A DNA stretch of 64,000 nucleotides, from the NCBI GenBank assembly GCA_004431415.1, contig QPMI01000163.1:129499-193498 (forward strand), in the 5' to 3' direction. The notes below the pieces were generated by a model that was not told the origin of the DNA, searched no databases, and saw only the letters and a program-made list of their open reading frames with translations. This DNA comes from Cyanophora paradoxa CCMP329. Lineage: Eukaryota > Plantae > Glaucophyta. Position 1 is the stretch's first letter; each line of letters opens with the position of its first letter. Shown here in pieces: positions 1-12,053 of the stretch. The translations under genes and the position numbers were made by a program.

Positions 1-60
1 AAAACCTCCCTTCGGACCTGCGTCCTTCGCCGCCCCGGCGTCTACCTCCATCGCGCTCAT
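1..60 (-). CDS. Possible 5' end of a gene running off the left edge (MSAMEVDAGAAKDAGPKGGF...)
   Basis: ATG at 60 on the minus strand, open to the window edge, head-to-head with the next gene. Too short to identify. Confidence 0.3.
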   Translation of the reverse strand, partial: MSAMEVDAGAAKDAGPKGGF

Positions 61-268
61 CGCTGATGTTGAGGTCGACGAGTGAGAGTTCCGATATATA
101 CCTTTGCAGTTCGTCTCAGAATGATGGCGGTTCTGCAGCTGGTGGCTGATGGCGACCGTCGGTACCCACGCCGCGCACCCCCCCCCCCCCCCCTTGGACG
201 TTACGTTGTTCCTGCCTCGCAGGCGACCTGGCAAACGCCTAGCGTACATTCAGCCGGCTCTCACGACA

Positions 269-3200
269 ATGCCCGCCGCTGGTGCTGGTGGACTGAGCCT
301 GGTGGAGTTCTTGTCGTCGAACGTTCTGATAGAGATATTCAAGCACCTGCCGAAGGTCAGAGGGCGTGAACGTATACGGCCAGAAGCACTGCAGGGCGAG
401 CGTTCTGAGAACCGCCGCAGGGGGACCTGCTACGCGCGGTCGGGAAGGTTTGTCGGAGGTGGCGCTCGGCTTCCCTCGCGCCGGAGCTGTGGGCGGAGCT
501 GACGGTGGCCGACGATACGGGCGGCGCGTCGGCGCGGTACGGAGCGAGCGGCTTCTTTTCGGTGCCGCTCGCCTCCGCCGCGGGGCTCCTTTCCTCTCTA
601 CGGCGTGACGGCGTCACGGCTCTCGACGTCTCCCTGTGCGCCTTCCCCTCCGTCGCTCTCGAGATGCTGCTCGTGCGTATGCGCCCCGGCCGCCTGGATA
701 GCTTAGATGGCCGTACGCGCGTGCCGTGTGCAGCCCGTCTGGATAGCTTAGACGGCCCGCAGCCGCTCCTGCCGGCGCTGGCGGTCGTCTCTTTGCCGAG
801 CCCCGGCGGGGGCAGCTCGGCGCGCACCCTCGAGCTGCTGGCGGAGCACGCGCCGGGCATCGCCAGCCTCACCCTCGGCCGCGCCGCCGACACCGCCGGC
901 CCCGCCTGGTCCTCCCCCTTCGCCGCCGCCGTGCGTACGCGCCGCGCCGCCGCGCCGGCCGGGGGCTCGCGCCGCCGACGCGGGGCGGGGCGGGCAGCTG
1001 GGGCGGCTGCGGCGGCTGGAGTCGGTGCGGGTGCTGTGCCCCGTGCCCCTCGAATCGCTGCTCCTCGCGCGGGGCGCCGGCTGGCGCGCGCTGCTCGTCC
1101 GCGCCGCCGCCGCCGGGGCCGGCCCGGGGCGGGGGCGGGAGCCCCTGGCGGCCCTCGCCGCCGCCTTCCCCGCCCTGCGCGACCTCGAGCTCCGCCTCGA
1201 GGCCCCCGAGGGCGCCTCCCCGCGCCGCCCCGCCCCCGCCCCGCCGAACCCGACCCCGAGCCCGGCTCCCCAGCGGGGCGCCGGCGGGGCGGGGCGGGTG
1301 CCCGAGCTGCCGGCCCTCCAGCGCCTCTCGCTCTCCGGGGCGCTGCTGGCGGCGGGGGCGCTGGAGGCGCTCGCGGGGCGCCTCGTGCGGCTCGAGGCGG
1401 AGACGGCGGCCCCGGCGCTGCTCCTCGCCGGCGACGCCCTCGAGTCCCTGCGCCTAGCCGGCCCGCCCCCCGCCCCCCGCCCTCCCTTCGCGCCCCCTTT
1501 GAGGGCGAGCAGGGCCGCGGCTGGAGCGGCTGGCGCTGGGGCGCTGCCCGCGGCTGGCGGCGCTGCACGTGTCGGGGCACCCGGGGCGCGAGCTGCGGGT
1601 GGCGCTCGCGGAGCCCCTCCCCGCCCTCGCCGAGCTGGAGGTGCCGCTGGGGCGGGTGGCGCGGCTGGTGCTGCCCCCGGGGCGCCCCGCCTCCGCCTAC
1701 GCGTAATAAGGGTAGCCGCCCTCACCGACGACCTCCTCGCGGCCCTCGACCCGGCCCGCCCCGCCCCGCCCCGCCCGCCGGGCCGCCGGCTCTGAGGCGG
1801 AGGCGGCAGGGGCGCTGCGGGAGCTCGAGGTCCGCGGGGGCGCCGCCCTCCTCTCCACCTCCCTCCTCCACGCCCGCGTGCCCGCCCCCGCCCGCCCGCC
1901 CCGCCCGCCCGCCCCGCCGGTCCGAGGGCCCCGGGCGGGCAGCACGTGGCGGCCCTCCCCGCCTTCGAGCTCCTCGACTCGCTCACCATCACCCGGCGCG
2001 CCCCGCCCCCGCCCCGCCCCCGCCCCCGCCCCGCCGATGCCGGGCGCAGGGCGGCGCTGGAGGCGGCCTCGCTGAGCGTGCGGCACGGGCACCTGCACCG
2101 CCTGCGCCTCGAGAACTGCTGCGCATCCGCCCCCGCGACGGCCCGCACGAGCGCGGGGGCCCTCCCCGCGCGCGTCCTGGCGCGCCTCGAGATACGCTGC
2201 CCCAACCTCCGTTCCCTCCAGCTCCGCCTCGGCGGCGGCCCCCGCGCCCCGCGCCCCGGCCCCGCCTCCTCCTCCTCCTCCGAGGACGACGATGGCGAGG
2301 ACGAGGGCGGGGGCGTCGACGCCGCGCTCCCCGAGGAGGAGGGGGCGGGCGGGGGCGCCCCCGCCCGCCTCCGCCCCGGCCTCGAGACCCTCGTCCCCGC
2401 CCCGGCCCTCTTCGCCTCCGCCCTGGGTGCGCCGGCCCCGCGCCGGGCGCCCCGGGGCCGGCTGGGGCGGCGGGGCCTGAGGGGCGGGCAGTGGAGTGCG
2501 GGGGCTGGAGGGGGCGGAGCTGGAGGGGCTCCCCTTCGCGGACGACCTCTGGCTCGCCGCCTTCCTCGCCCGCCACCCGCGCCTCCGCTCCCTCGCCCTC
2601 GCCGCCCTGCCCCTCCGCACCCCGCTCCTCCCCGCCCGGCCCGCCCCGCCCGCCCCCCGCCCCCGCCCGCCCCTCACGCCGGCGCAGTACCTGCGGGAGC
2701 TCACCCTGCGCGGCTGCTCCCGCCTCGTCGGGTGCGCCCCGGCCCCCGAGCCTGCAGGGCAGCGGGGCGGACGGGGCGGGGCGCAGGGCGTGCCTCTCGA
2801 CGCCCCGGCTGCGGGCGCTGCGGCTGGTGGCGCTGCCGCTCTTCGCCCCCGAGCTGCTCGCGACGCTGCGGGAGGCGGCGCCGCGGCTGCGCGAGCTCGA
2901 GGCGGCGCAGCTCGACGCCCCCCGCGAGGCCGCCCTCCGCTGCCCCGCCCCGCTCCGCGTCCGCACCCCCGCCCCGCCTGGCCCCGCCCGAGTGCGGCGG
3001 AGGCTGACGGGGCGGGGGGCAGACGGTGGCGGTGAGCGACGCGCCGCGGCTGCAGCGGGTGCGGGTGGAGGGCGGATGGGCGCTGCGGGAGGTCCGCCTC
3101 GAGGGCCTCCCCGCCCTCCGCGCCGCCGACCTCGAGCTCCCGCACCACTGCCGCCTCGCCACCGCCGGTCCCGCCCCGCCCCGCCCCGCTCCGCCCCCGC

Positions 3201-3523
3201 CCCGCCCGCCCTCCACTCCTCGCTGAGGCGCAACGCGGCCAGACATTCCCGAGACGGCCAAGGTCGTGCGCTCCTGGAGCCGCCTGCGGAGCGCCCTGCA
3301 CGGGGCCGAGGCGCGCGCCCCCGCCGGAGCGGCGGAGGCGGAGGCGGGGCCGGCGGGGGCCGGGGGCGGGCTGGAGGCCTTCGCGTGCCTGCGGGGCTGC
3401 CTGGGGAGCCGGCCCCTGGGGCCCCCGGGCTCCGGGGAGGTCAAGGGCCTCCCTCCGGCCCCCGCCCCCGCCCCGGCCCCGGAGGCGCCCCCCGACACCG
3501 GCCACCACTGCATTCTCGCGTAG
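269..3523 (+). CDS. F-box/leucine-rich-repeat protein (multi-exon)
   Basis: N-terminal F-box-like LVEFLSSNVLIEIFKHLP followed by LRR-type segments (FPALRDLELRL, LPALQRLSLSG, CPNLRSLQLRL, LRELTLRGCSRL, LPALRAADLEL) across exons. The stop is approximate. Confidence 0.65.
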
Positions 3524-4284
3524 CACCCCGCCAGCTGTCTGCAACGCACCATCCCGTAGCGTGCCCCGGGGGCAATGCACCGTCAGCACACCTCGGGCTT
3601 CAAAGGCTTGCAGCCTTATCCCGCCTGCGCCAGCACCTGCCAGGATGAGGGCCGCGGGCCGCAGGGCCATCGATGTCAGAGTCCGGGAAGGTCCCGGTCG
3701 TGGCCATGGTTTCGAGTTTTGCCATGCCATGATGCCATGATGCGACGCGGCAATGCCATGATGCACTGCGGCATGCCGCAGTGCCACAGGGCCACTTGGC
3801 CCAGTGGCCGGCCGTCATGACCACGGCGTGTTGCCTGATGCAGTGCCGCATCATGGAATTGCGGCAGCGGCTGACGTCGACCGCCGGCCCCCGGGCCCGG
3901 GGCCCGGGCAGTGCCGCAGCCTTTCAAAGTGTTTTCGAACTTTCGGAATTCGAATTCGAAGCTCCGACGACGCCGTGTGTGACGGCGAAGGGCAACTTGG
4001 CGAGGCTTCTTAAGCTCGCAAGTCAATAATTTTTGGAGTCTTGAAGCCTCGGAGCCGCTGAGCCTGCGACCCGGGCCGGAGCCTTGAATTAACTCACAGA
4101 GTCAGTGAATTGAAGCTCAGCGGCTGCCGCACTGCCAGCCCCCCGGCGGCCCCCCCGGGCCCAGGGCCCCGCCCTCGAGTCATGATCATGATCAACTGGC
4201 AAATGCAAATCGCGATCGGCCCCGGCGGGCCGCGCACTGTTGCGAGGCTTCCCTGTCGCGCTCCCGGCCCCCAGAGACTCGCTC

Positions 4285-6452
4285 ATGATGAATTAGTGAT
4301 CATGAGTTCTGGAGGCTTCCGCCAGGCCTCCGATTGGGATCGCGCTCGGGCGGCTACGGGAGGGGCGGGGCGCGGGGCGGGGCCGGGGCGGGGGCGCCTC
4401 CCGCGGGGCCGCCCTCAAGGCGGAGGGCCCCCGCGGGGGCGAGGCGGGCCTCGCGGAGGGCCGGGCAGTTGGCGACCTGCACGCGCCCCCGCGCCCCCGG
4501 CCCCGTCGCCACCACCGCCAGCGCCTCCAGCCGCGGGCAGTCCTGCCCCACGCCCGCCTCGCGCCCGGCGGGGCGGGGCGGGCGGGGCGGGCGGGGCGGG
4601 GCGGGGCGGGGCGGGGCGTGCGGGGCGCACGCGGACGAGGGTGCCGTCAGGGGAGGGGAGGAGGAGCCAGAGGGAGCGCAGCGCCTCGCACGCCTCGATC
4701 CGCACGGGCCCCCCGAGGCGCCCCCGCCCAGCCGCCCCGCCCTGCGCCCCGTCAGCGCAGCGCGCGCGCAGGGCGGGGCGGCAGAGGCGGACCCCGAGAA
4801 GGGGTTCGGGGGCGGGGGCGGGCCGGCGGGGGCGGAGGCGGGGCGGGGGCCGGGGCCCGGGGCAGGAGGAGCGGACGAGGAGGTGCTGCATGGCGGGCAT
4901 GGCGGCGAGGCGGCGGAGGGAGTGGGCGCTGAAGTGGCTCTGGTGCACGTGCAGCCGGCGCAGCCGCCGCAGCTGCACGATCTCCCGCACCGCGTGATCC
5001 TGCACCGCCCTGCGCTCCCCCGCCCGCCGCGCTCAGGGGGCGCCGGGGCGGGGCGCGAGGGGGCGGGCGGGGGCGCGGGCCCGTCGAGTGAGAGCTCAGT
5101 GAGGGCGGGGTTGGTGAGGGCGAGCTGCCCGCAGAGCAGCACGCCGTCGTCCCCGCGCGCCGTCGACGAGACGTGCACCGGCGCGTGCAGCACGCGCAGC
5201 AGCGGCAGCCGCCGCACCAGCTGCCCCGCCGCCTTGGGCCGGCCCCGCTCGCAGGGGCGCTGGCGGGGCGCACCTCGCAGAGCTCCCGCTCGTTGACGAG
5301 GGCGTTGACGACGAGGGCCGTCAGCAGGCACGGCCGCGGCAGCGCCGCCCGCAGCTCCAGCACGGCGAACGCCAGCCGCTCCGTCGGCCACTCGCACGGC
5401 ACGCACGCCGCCGCCGCCGCCGCCTCCCCCGCCCCCTCCAGCGCCATCCCCTCCCGCCGGCCCTCCTCCCCGAGGCAGCCACCGCCGTGGAACCAAGCGC
5501 GGTGGCCCTCCGGCACCGGTAGCGCCGCCCGCAGCGCCCTCGCGGGGGCGGGCACGCGCCGGCGCCCGAGACCTGCTCCCGCGGGCTGCCCGGCGGAGCG
5601 GGCGCGGCGGGCTGAGCAGGGGCGGGAGCCGGGCACGGGGAGGGAGCGGCCGCCGACGAGGGGCCCGTCGCCGGGTACGAGCTCCTCGGCGCAGCGCGGG
5701 AGGCGGCCGAAGCGGAGGGAGCGGATGCGCGGCCATCCGCGCAGCAGCGCGCGCACCGCCGCCGCGAACTCCTCCGCCGCCGCCTTCTCCGGCCGCACCG
5801 GCGCGCAGACGGCGTCCGGGGCGCAGCGGTGCGCGCGCGCGACCTCCAGGCCTACGGGCTGGAGCCTGCGCGCGGGGGGCGCGTCCCGCACGGGAGCGCA
5901 GGGGCGGGGCGGGTGCGGTGGCGTGCGCACGGGAAGACGACCTCCTCCACGCTCGGAGCGAGGGAGACGATGGCGCGCGCGTCCTCCTCGCCGAAGGGCG
6001 CGCAGCACGCCGTCAAGTCGAGCCGCCGCACGGACCCCGCGTCCAGCCGCCCCAGCGCGCAGCGGAGGAAGCTGAAGGGGAACGGCCTCCCGCGGAACGA
6101 GAGCGTCTGCCAGTCCGCCGCGTACACGAGGCTGCGGCGCGTGCACGTGGTTTTGGTTCTCGCGGCCGCGGATCTGTTTTCGCGCCAGGCGAGCTCACCG
6201 CCGCCATGCTCTACACACGAGGGACGTAGTTGTCAACAATTCAAAAGGATCGATACACGCGAGAATTTGCCGGCAGAGCTCGGCCGGCAGCTGCTCCAGG
6301 CTGCTGGGGACGGCCGCCGCGTCGCCGCAGCTGCCGCCCGAGGCGTCGGAGCACCGGCCCGCGTACGCCGCGCCGGCGTCATTGCCGCCGCCGCCGCAGC
6401 CGCCGCCGCCGCCGCCGCAAGCAGCGCCCGCGCGGAACGGCACAGTCGACAT
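4285..6452 (-). CDS. F-box/LRR protein (multi-exon)
   Basis: F-box SSLEQLPAELCRQILACIDPFELLTTTSLVCRAWRR, then SVRRLDLTACC, WPRIRSLRFG, NPALTELSL, CPRLEALAV, NCPALREARL. The 3' end is approximate. Confidence 0.75.
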
Positions 6453-6589
6453 GCAGCGCCCGCGCGGACCGTCACAGTCGACACCGAGCAGCTGGCAACA
6501 CCAAGGAAGCGGCTGCGGCAGCGCCGGCGTTGACGTTGCAGAGAATACCAAGCTTAGGGGGGAACCACTTTGCGACGGATACCGCAAAA

Positions 6590-9500
6590 ATGGCGTTCTC
6601 GTGCGCGTGGGCGCCAGCGGCGGCGCCGGTGCATGCTGCTTTCGCGTGCACGGCCCCGGACGTTGCATCCCGTGCCAGAGTGCGCCGCTGTCGGCGTGCG
6701 CCCCAGGTCGGCGTGCGCCGCTTCCTCGGCGAGCGCCAGCGGCTCCTCCGGGGCGAGGGGACCGCATTCGCAGCTGGCAGTCCCCTGGAGCTTGCCGACT
6801 TGCCGGCGCGCGCGAGTCTGGAAGGGTCCGCCGGCGCTGAGCAATCGACCGGCGCCGCCGCGCCGCCGGCGATTGTCCCGAATGACAAGCTCCGCGTCCC
6901 GGTGCTCGAGGACGATTCCTATCTCCTGCCTGATGTACGCGCCCCGCCCCGCGCGCTCTCCTCGTCCGCCGCTCCTCATACGTGCCTGCACGTGCGCGCC
7001 GCACACGCGCCGCGCAGGAAGTCGATATCGCGCAGCAGCTCGCGACCAAGTGGGTGAGCGACTTTTGGGGGCATCGAGCCCAAAGCGCAGTCCTGTCCCG
7101 CGCCGCGCTGACCGGACGAGCGCGCCCGCCGCAGCGCCTCTTCTGGTCGCCCCCGTGGAAGAAGTTCCGGAAGCACAGCGTCCTCAGCGTCGAGCTGGCG
7201 GGCAGCTGCGCCGAGAAGGCCTCGGGAGGCTTCCCCGGGCCGTCTCCCGGCCAGGTGGGCGCCCCGCGAGCGCCCCGGACCCGCCCCCGAGCGCCCGCGC
7301 CGGCGCCGGCCTCTGACGGGCGCGTGGCGGCGGGGCGGGCAGCTGGCGTCGCTGCTGCCCGTGTTCGTGGAGAACCTGCGGAAGGCGGCGGTGGACCCGC
7401 GCATCGAGGGCGTCTACATCCGCCTCGGCGTGCTGACCTGCGGCTGGGCCAAGATCGAGGAGCTGCGGCGGCAGATCGCGCGCTTCCGGCGGAGCGGCAA
7501 GTTCGTGGTCGCCTTCGCGGAGGTCTGCACCGAGCGGGAGATGGCGGTCGGCTCCTTCTGCGACGAGTTCTACCTCCCCGAGGAGGCCGTCGTCTCGCTG
7601 CGGGGCTTCCGCGGGGAGGGGACCTTCCTCGGCGGCGTCCTCGAGAAGATCGGCGTCGAGGCCCAGGTACAGCGCATCGGCAAGTACAAGGTGCGCGGGG
7701 CGAGAGGGGGCGCCCGCCCGCCGGCTCACCTGGGGCGCGGGCAGAGCGCGGGGGACCAGCTGGGGCGGAAAGACATGAGCGAGGCGCAGCGGGAGGTGCT
7801 GGGGAGCTTGCTGGACCAGCGGCTGGCGCGCTTCAAGCAGCTGCTCGCGGCGCACACGGGGCGCGGCGAGGAGGAGGTCGAGGCGCTCCTCGAGGCCGCC
7901 CCCATGCGCGCCGCCGAGCTCCTCGACGGCCGCTGGATCACCGGCGTCGCCTACGAGGACCAGGCCCGCCCCGCCCCCCACCCGCCCCGCCCCGCCGCCC
8001 CCCGGGCCGCTGAGGCGGCGGCAGGTGCTCGACGGCCTCAAGCGCCGCGTCTTCCCCGCACAGTGCGCCGCCGCCGAGGAGGCCATCGAGCGCGCCTCCA
8101 GCCCCGAGGCGCGCCCGCCGCCCCCGGCCCGCCCCGCGCGGCGCGCCTGAGGCCGGCGTGGCGCAGGAGAAGGAGAAGGCGCAGAAGCGCTGGGAGAAGA
8201 TCCGCCTCGGCCTCGTGAGCTCCGTGCCCCGCGGCCGCCCGCTTGCAAGCAGCGCGGGGCCGACGCCGGGGCCCCGCAGGTGCCGGCCGGCGCGTACGCG
8301 AAGCTGAAGCCGCGCACCCTCGGCCTCGACCGCCGCGGCAAGGTCGTCGGTGCGCCCGCCCTGCCGGCCCCGCGCCCCTGGGGGGCGCTGAAGGCGGGCA
8401 GCGGTGGTGCGGGCGTCGGGGGCGATCACGTCCGGGGGCGGCGGCTCGCCGCTGGGCGGGGGAGCGGCATCTCCAGCGACGCCTTCGTCAAGCTCCTCCG
8501 CAGGGCCCGCCCCGCCCCGCCCCTCCTGCGCCTGGCGTGGCGTGGCGTGGCCGGGGCGCTGAGGCCGCGGCGGCTGGGGGCAGGTGCGGGAGGACCGGCG
8601 GGTGGCCGCCGTCGTGCTCCGCATCGACTCCCCCGGCGGCTCCGCCCTCGCCTCCGACGTCATGTGGCGCGGTCCGCCCCGCCCCGCCCCGGCCCCGCCC
8701 CCGCCCCTCACACCCGAGCAGAGATCCGGCGCACGGCGGAGCGCAAGCCCGTCGTGGCGAGCATGAGCGACGTCGCCGCCTCGGGCGGTCCGCCTTGCTC
8801 TGCCGGCGCGCGCCCGGGCTGGCGGGCCGGGCCGACGGGGCGGGGCGCAGGGTACTACATGAGCATGGCGTGCGACGAGGTGTTCGCGGAGGAGAGCACG
8901 GTGACGGGCAGCATCGGCGTCGTCACCGCCAAGGTCAACCTCGGCAAGCTCTACGAGCGCGGTCCGCCCCGCCCCGCCCCGCCCGCCCCGCCCGCCCGCC
9001 CGCCCCGCCCGCCCTGCCCGCCGCGCCGCGCCGGGCTCAAGGCGGGCCAGTTGGGTACGCGAAGGAGGTTGTCTCGCGGGGCCGCCTGGCGGAGCTGGAC
9101 GTGGACAATCGGCCCTTCACCGAGGAGGAGGCCGCCTACTTCGCCGCCTCCGCCCGCCGCGCCTACGGTCCGGGACGCCACCCCGCCCCACCCCAGCGCG
9201 CCGCGCCGCCTCAGGCTCGCGCAGAGTCGTTCCGGGACAAGGCGGCGGCGTCGCGGGGGATGGAGCCGGAGGTGATGGAGGCGTACGCGCAGGGGCGGGT
9301 GTGGACGGGGGGCCAGGCCCTCGAGCGCGGCCTCGTGGACGGCCTCGGCGGCGTCGACGCCGCCGTGCGCGCCGCCCGCCGCCGCGCCGGCATCCCCGAC
9401 GAGGCCCCCGTGCGCCTCGAGGAGCTCCCCGCGTGCCCCGCGGCGCCCTCGCCTTCCTCCCCGGCCGCGCCGCCGCCGCCCTCGCCGCCCTCGCCGGCGC

Positions 9501-9768
9501 CCAGGCCGCCGCCCCCGCCGGCGAGGCCGAGGCCGAGGCGGCCGGCGCCGCGTCGCTGCTGGCGGCCCTCGCGCAGGGCCAGCCCCTCGCCCTCCTCGAC
9601 GGGCCCGCCCCGCCCCGCCCGCCCGCCCGCGCCCCGCCGGCTCCTCACGCGGGGGCGCGCAGGTACATTGAGGGGGCGCTCTCCACGGCCGTCGCCCGCG
9701 CCGCCGTCCGCGACCCCGCCGGCGCCATCGCCGCCGCCCAGCGCGCCCTCTCCTCCCTCGGCCTGTAG
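6590..9768 (+). CDS. sppA: Signal peptide peptidase SppA (protease IV, S49), probably plastid-targeted
   Basis: ENLRKAAVDPRIEGVYIRL, WAKIEELRRQIARFRRSGK, RIGKYK|SAGD, VVLRIDSPGGSALASD, VVASMSDVAASGGYYMSMACD, TGSIGV and AQGRVWTGGQALERGLVD. The N-terminus MAFSCAWAPAAAP looks like a transit peptide. Confidence 0.95.
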
Positions 9769-9825
9769 CCCCCGCCTCTGCTAGTCCGGTCCTTGTCACC
9801 CTGTCTAGTGGATGCCTACCTATGA

Positions 9826-11608
9826 CTACGCTTGCATCGGGCCGGGGGCCCGGGCCTGGGGCCGATCCGGGCCCGCCCCCATCTCCAGCAAGCTCTCGTA
9901 CCCCTCGGGCGCCCGCTGCGCGTCCTGCCGCTGCTGCGCGGCCCGTCGGGGAAGGGAGGGGATGGGAGGGGGACGGGGCGGGGGCGCACGCGGAGGCGGC
10001 GGCGGAGGAAGACGGCGGCGGCGACGAGGGCGAGGGTCCCCGCCGCTCCCGCCGCCGCCACCGCCGGCCCCGGCGGGGCCATCCTCTTCGGCCCGCCCGC
10101 CCCCGCCTGGCCCGGCGTCGCGCTTGCGCCGCTGGGCGGCCCGGCGGCCCCGCGCGCTCCGCCCGCCACCGCTCGGCCGCCCGCACGGCCTGGTCGGGGC
10201 CTGGGGCGAGGAGGGCGGTCAGCTGGGAGCGCGGAGGGCCGCGGGAGGGGGCGCGGGGCGGGGCGCGGGGCGGGCCTCGGCGAAGAAGCCGTCGACGCCG
10301 GCGGCAAGGTAGGCGGCGAACTCCCCCGCGGGGTCCGCGGGGTCGGGCGCCCCCTCGGCGCGAACGTCCACGCGTGCACCAGCAGGCCCCGCCCGTGCGC
10401 CGCCTCCACCACCCCGTCCCCTGCCCCGTCGCCCGCCCACGCTACTCGGCGGGGCTGGATGGGGCGGGGCGGGGAGGTCGGGGCGCACGCGGGCGCGGGG
10501 TCGCGCTCGCTGGCCGGGGGCGCGAGGAGGAGGGCCTTGGCGGCCCCGATCCCCTCCGCGTACTCCGCGATGGCGTCCAGCCCCGCCCCGTCCAGCTGCC
10601 CGCCCCCCGCGTCACGCGGGGGGCGAGGGGCGAGGGCGGGGCGGCGGACGGCGTAGTTCCAGGGCGGCCCGGCGGCCGCCTTCTCCACGAGCTGCACGAA
10701 GAGCGGCTGCACCGCCAGGCTCCTGCCGCCCCCGCCCGCCCCGCGGCGGCCGTCGGCGGCGGGCGAGGCGGCGAGCGCGGGCGGGGGCGCGCGCACCGCT
10801 TCATGGCGGCCCGGCAGGCGCGGAGCGGGCCGGCCTCGAAGCACTGCACGTAGACGCGCACGGCGGGGGACGGGAGGCCGCGCGAGCGCAGGGCCGCCGC
10901 CAGCGCCCCGCACGGGTCGAACCCGAGCGAGGCGTAGTGGCTCGGGTGCTTCAGCTCGGGGTAGACGCCGAGCGGCCGGCGCGCGGAGGCGCTCGCGTTG
11001 AGCGCCGCGTCGAGGGCGTCCTCCAGGAAGAGCACCGGCAGGAGCCTGCGCGCGCGGCCTCGGGCCTGGCACGGGCGCTCGCGCACGCGCGCGCGGCGGA
11101 CCCGTCGAGGCTGTGGTCACGGGATGCGATGCGTTGCCTCAGCCGCAGCGTTCTTATCTCGGCCGCCGTGAGGTCCGATGCGAATACGCCCGTCCTCGGC
11201 AGCCCGTCGATCACACGCGTCGTCCTGCGCGCCGGGAACTTCTCGGCGACGTCCGTTGTCTCATCGAGGGTGGGATTGTGGCTGATAACGAAGGCGCCGT
11301 CCTTGCTCAGCTGGAGGTCCGGCTCGATGACGTCCGCTCCGAGCTCCAGTGCAAGGCGATAACCAACAAGGCTGTGCTCAGGCGCGTAGAAGCTCGCGCC
11401 GCGGTGGGCGATAATCAGCGGCGCCTCCCTTGCTGCGTCGAGCCCGTGCGAGCTGCGTACGCGTACGCGCTCGGCGTGAGGCAAGCTCGAGCTCGAGGCC
11501 ATCCCCCAAGACGAGTTCGAGCGGACTACGGGGAATCACGCACCCGCACGAGCCCCACAGGACGAGGAGTGCAACGAGAAGCCGCCCGAGGGCTTCCGCG
11601 CGCCGCAT
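9826..11608 (-). CDS. Glycerophosphodiester phosphodiesterase (GDPD) with signal peptide and C-terminal TM
   Basis: IIAHRGAS...PEHSLVGYRLALELGADVIEPDLQLSKDG, YPELKHP, VYVQCFE, VHAWTF and AGVDGFF. Hydrophobic N-terminus (LLVALLVLWG) and GTLALVAAAVFLRRR anchor. Confidence 0.92.
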
Positions 11609-12053
11609 CTGGCTGAAGCGCCAGGTCGGCCGCTGAGTTGCTGCTTCCGCGCCTGCGCTTTGAAGTCTGTTGCGATGCTTTAATGCCGGCGGGGCCTGAG
11701 GGAGCCTCAGGGGGCCCTGAGGAGGATCCGGGGGGCTACAGGAGTAAACCCAGCCGAGGTCCGAGCGTTCACGGAGCTGCTTTTGCGCAAGCTCGCGAAC
11801 AGACGAGAGCGGCCGAGGAGATTCAGAACGCCCGCGGAGCTCGGCGCGCAAGCTCACCGCTCGACTTCAAGGCTTGCAGTCACCGGCCCAGGCCACGACG
11901 CACCGCTCCGGCCCAGGCCACGACGCACCGCGCAAAGCATAGCAGGTGCGCCCTGCCTTGCTACCGCCCGCCGCAGTTCGTGACCGGGCGCGCCGGGCGC
12001 CGCAGCTCCGCAACCGCCGCGTCGCACACTGGGCCGGCCGCAGCGTTCAGGAC

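Noticed and set aside
357-3787. Very long overlapping ORFs (e.g. 1047 aa at 505-3648), and similar ones across the window
   Set aside because: Arg/Pro/Gly/Ala-rich products of stop-poor, extreme-GC DNA. The real genes are spliced and switch frames.
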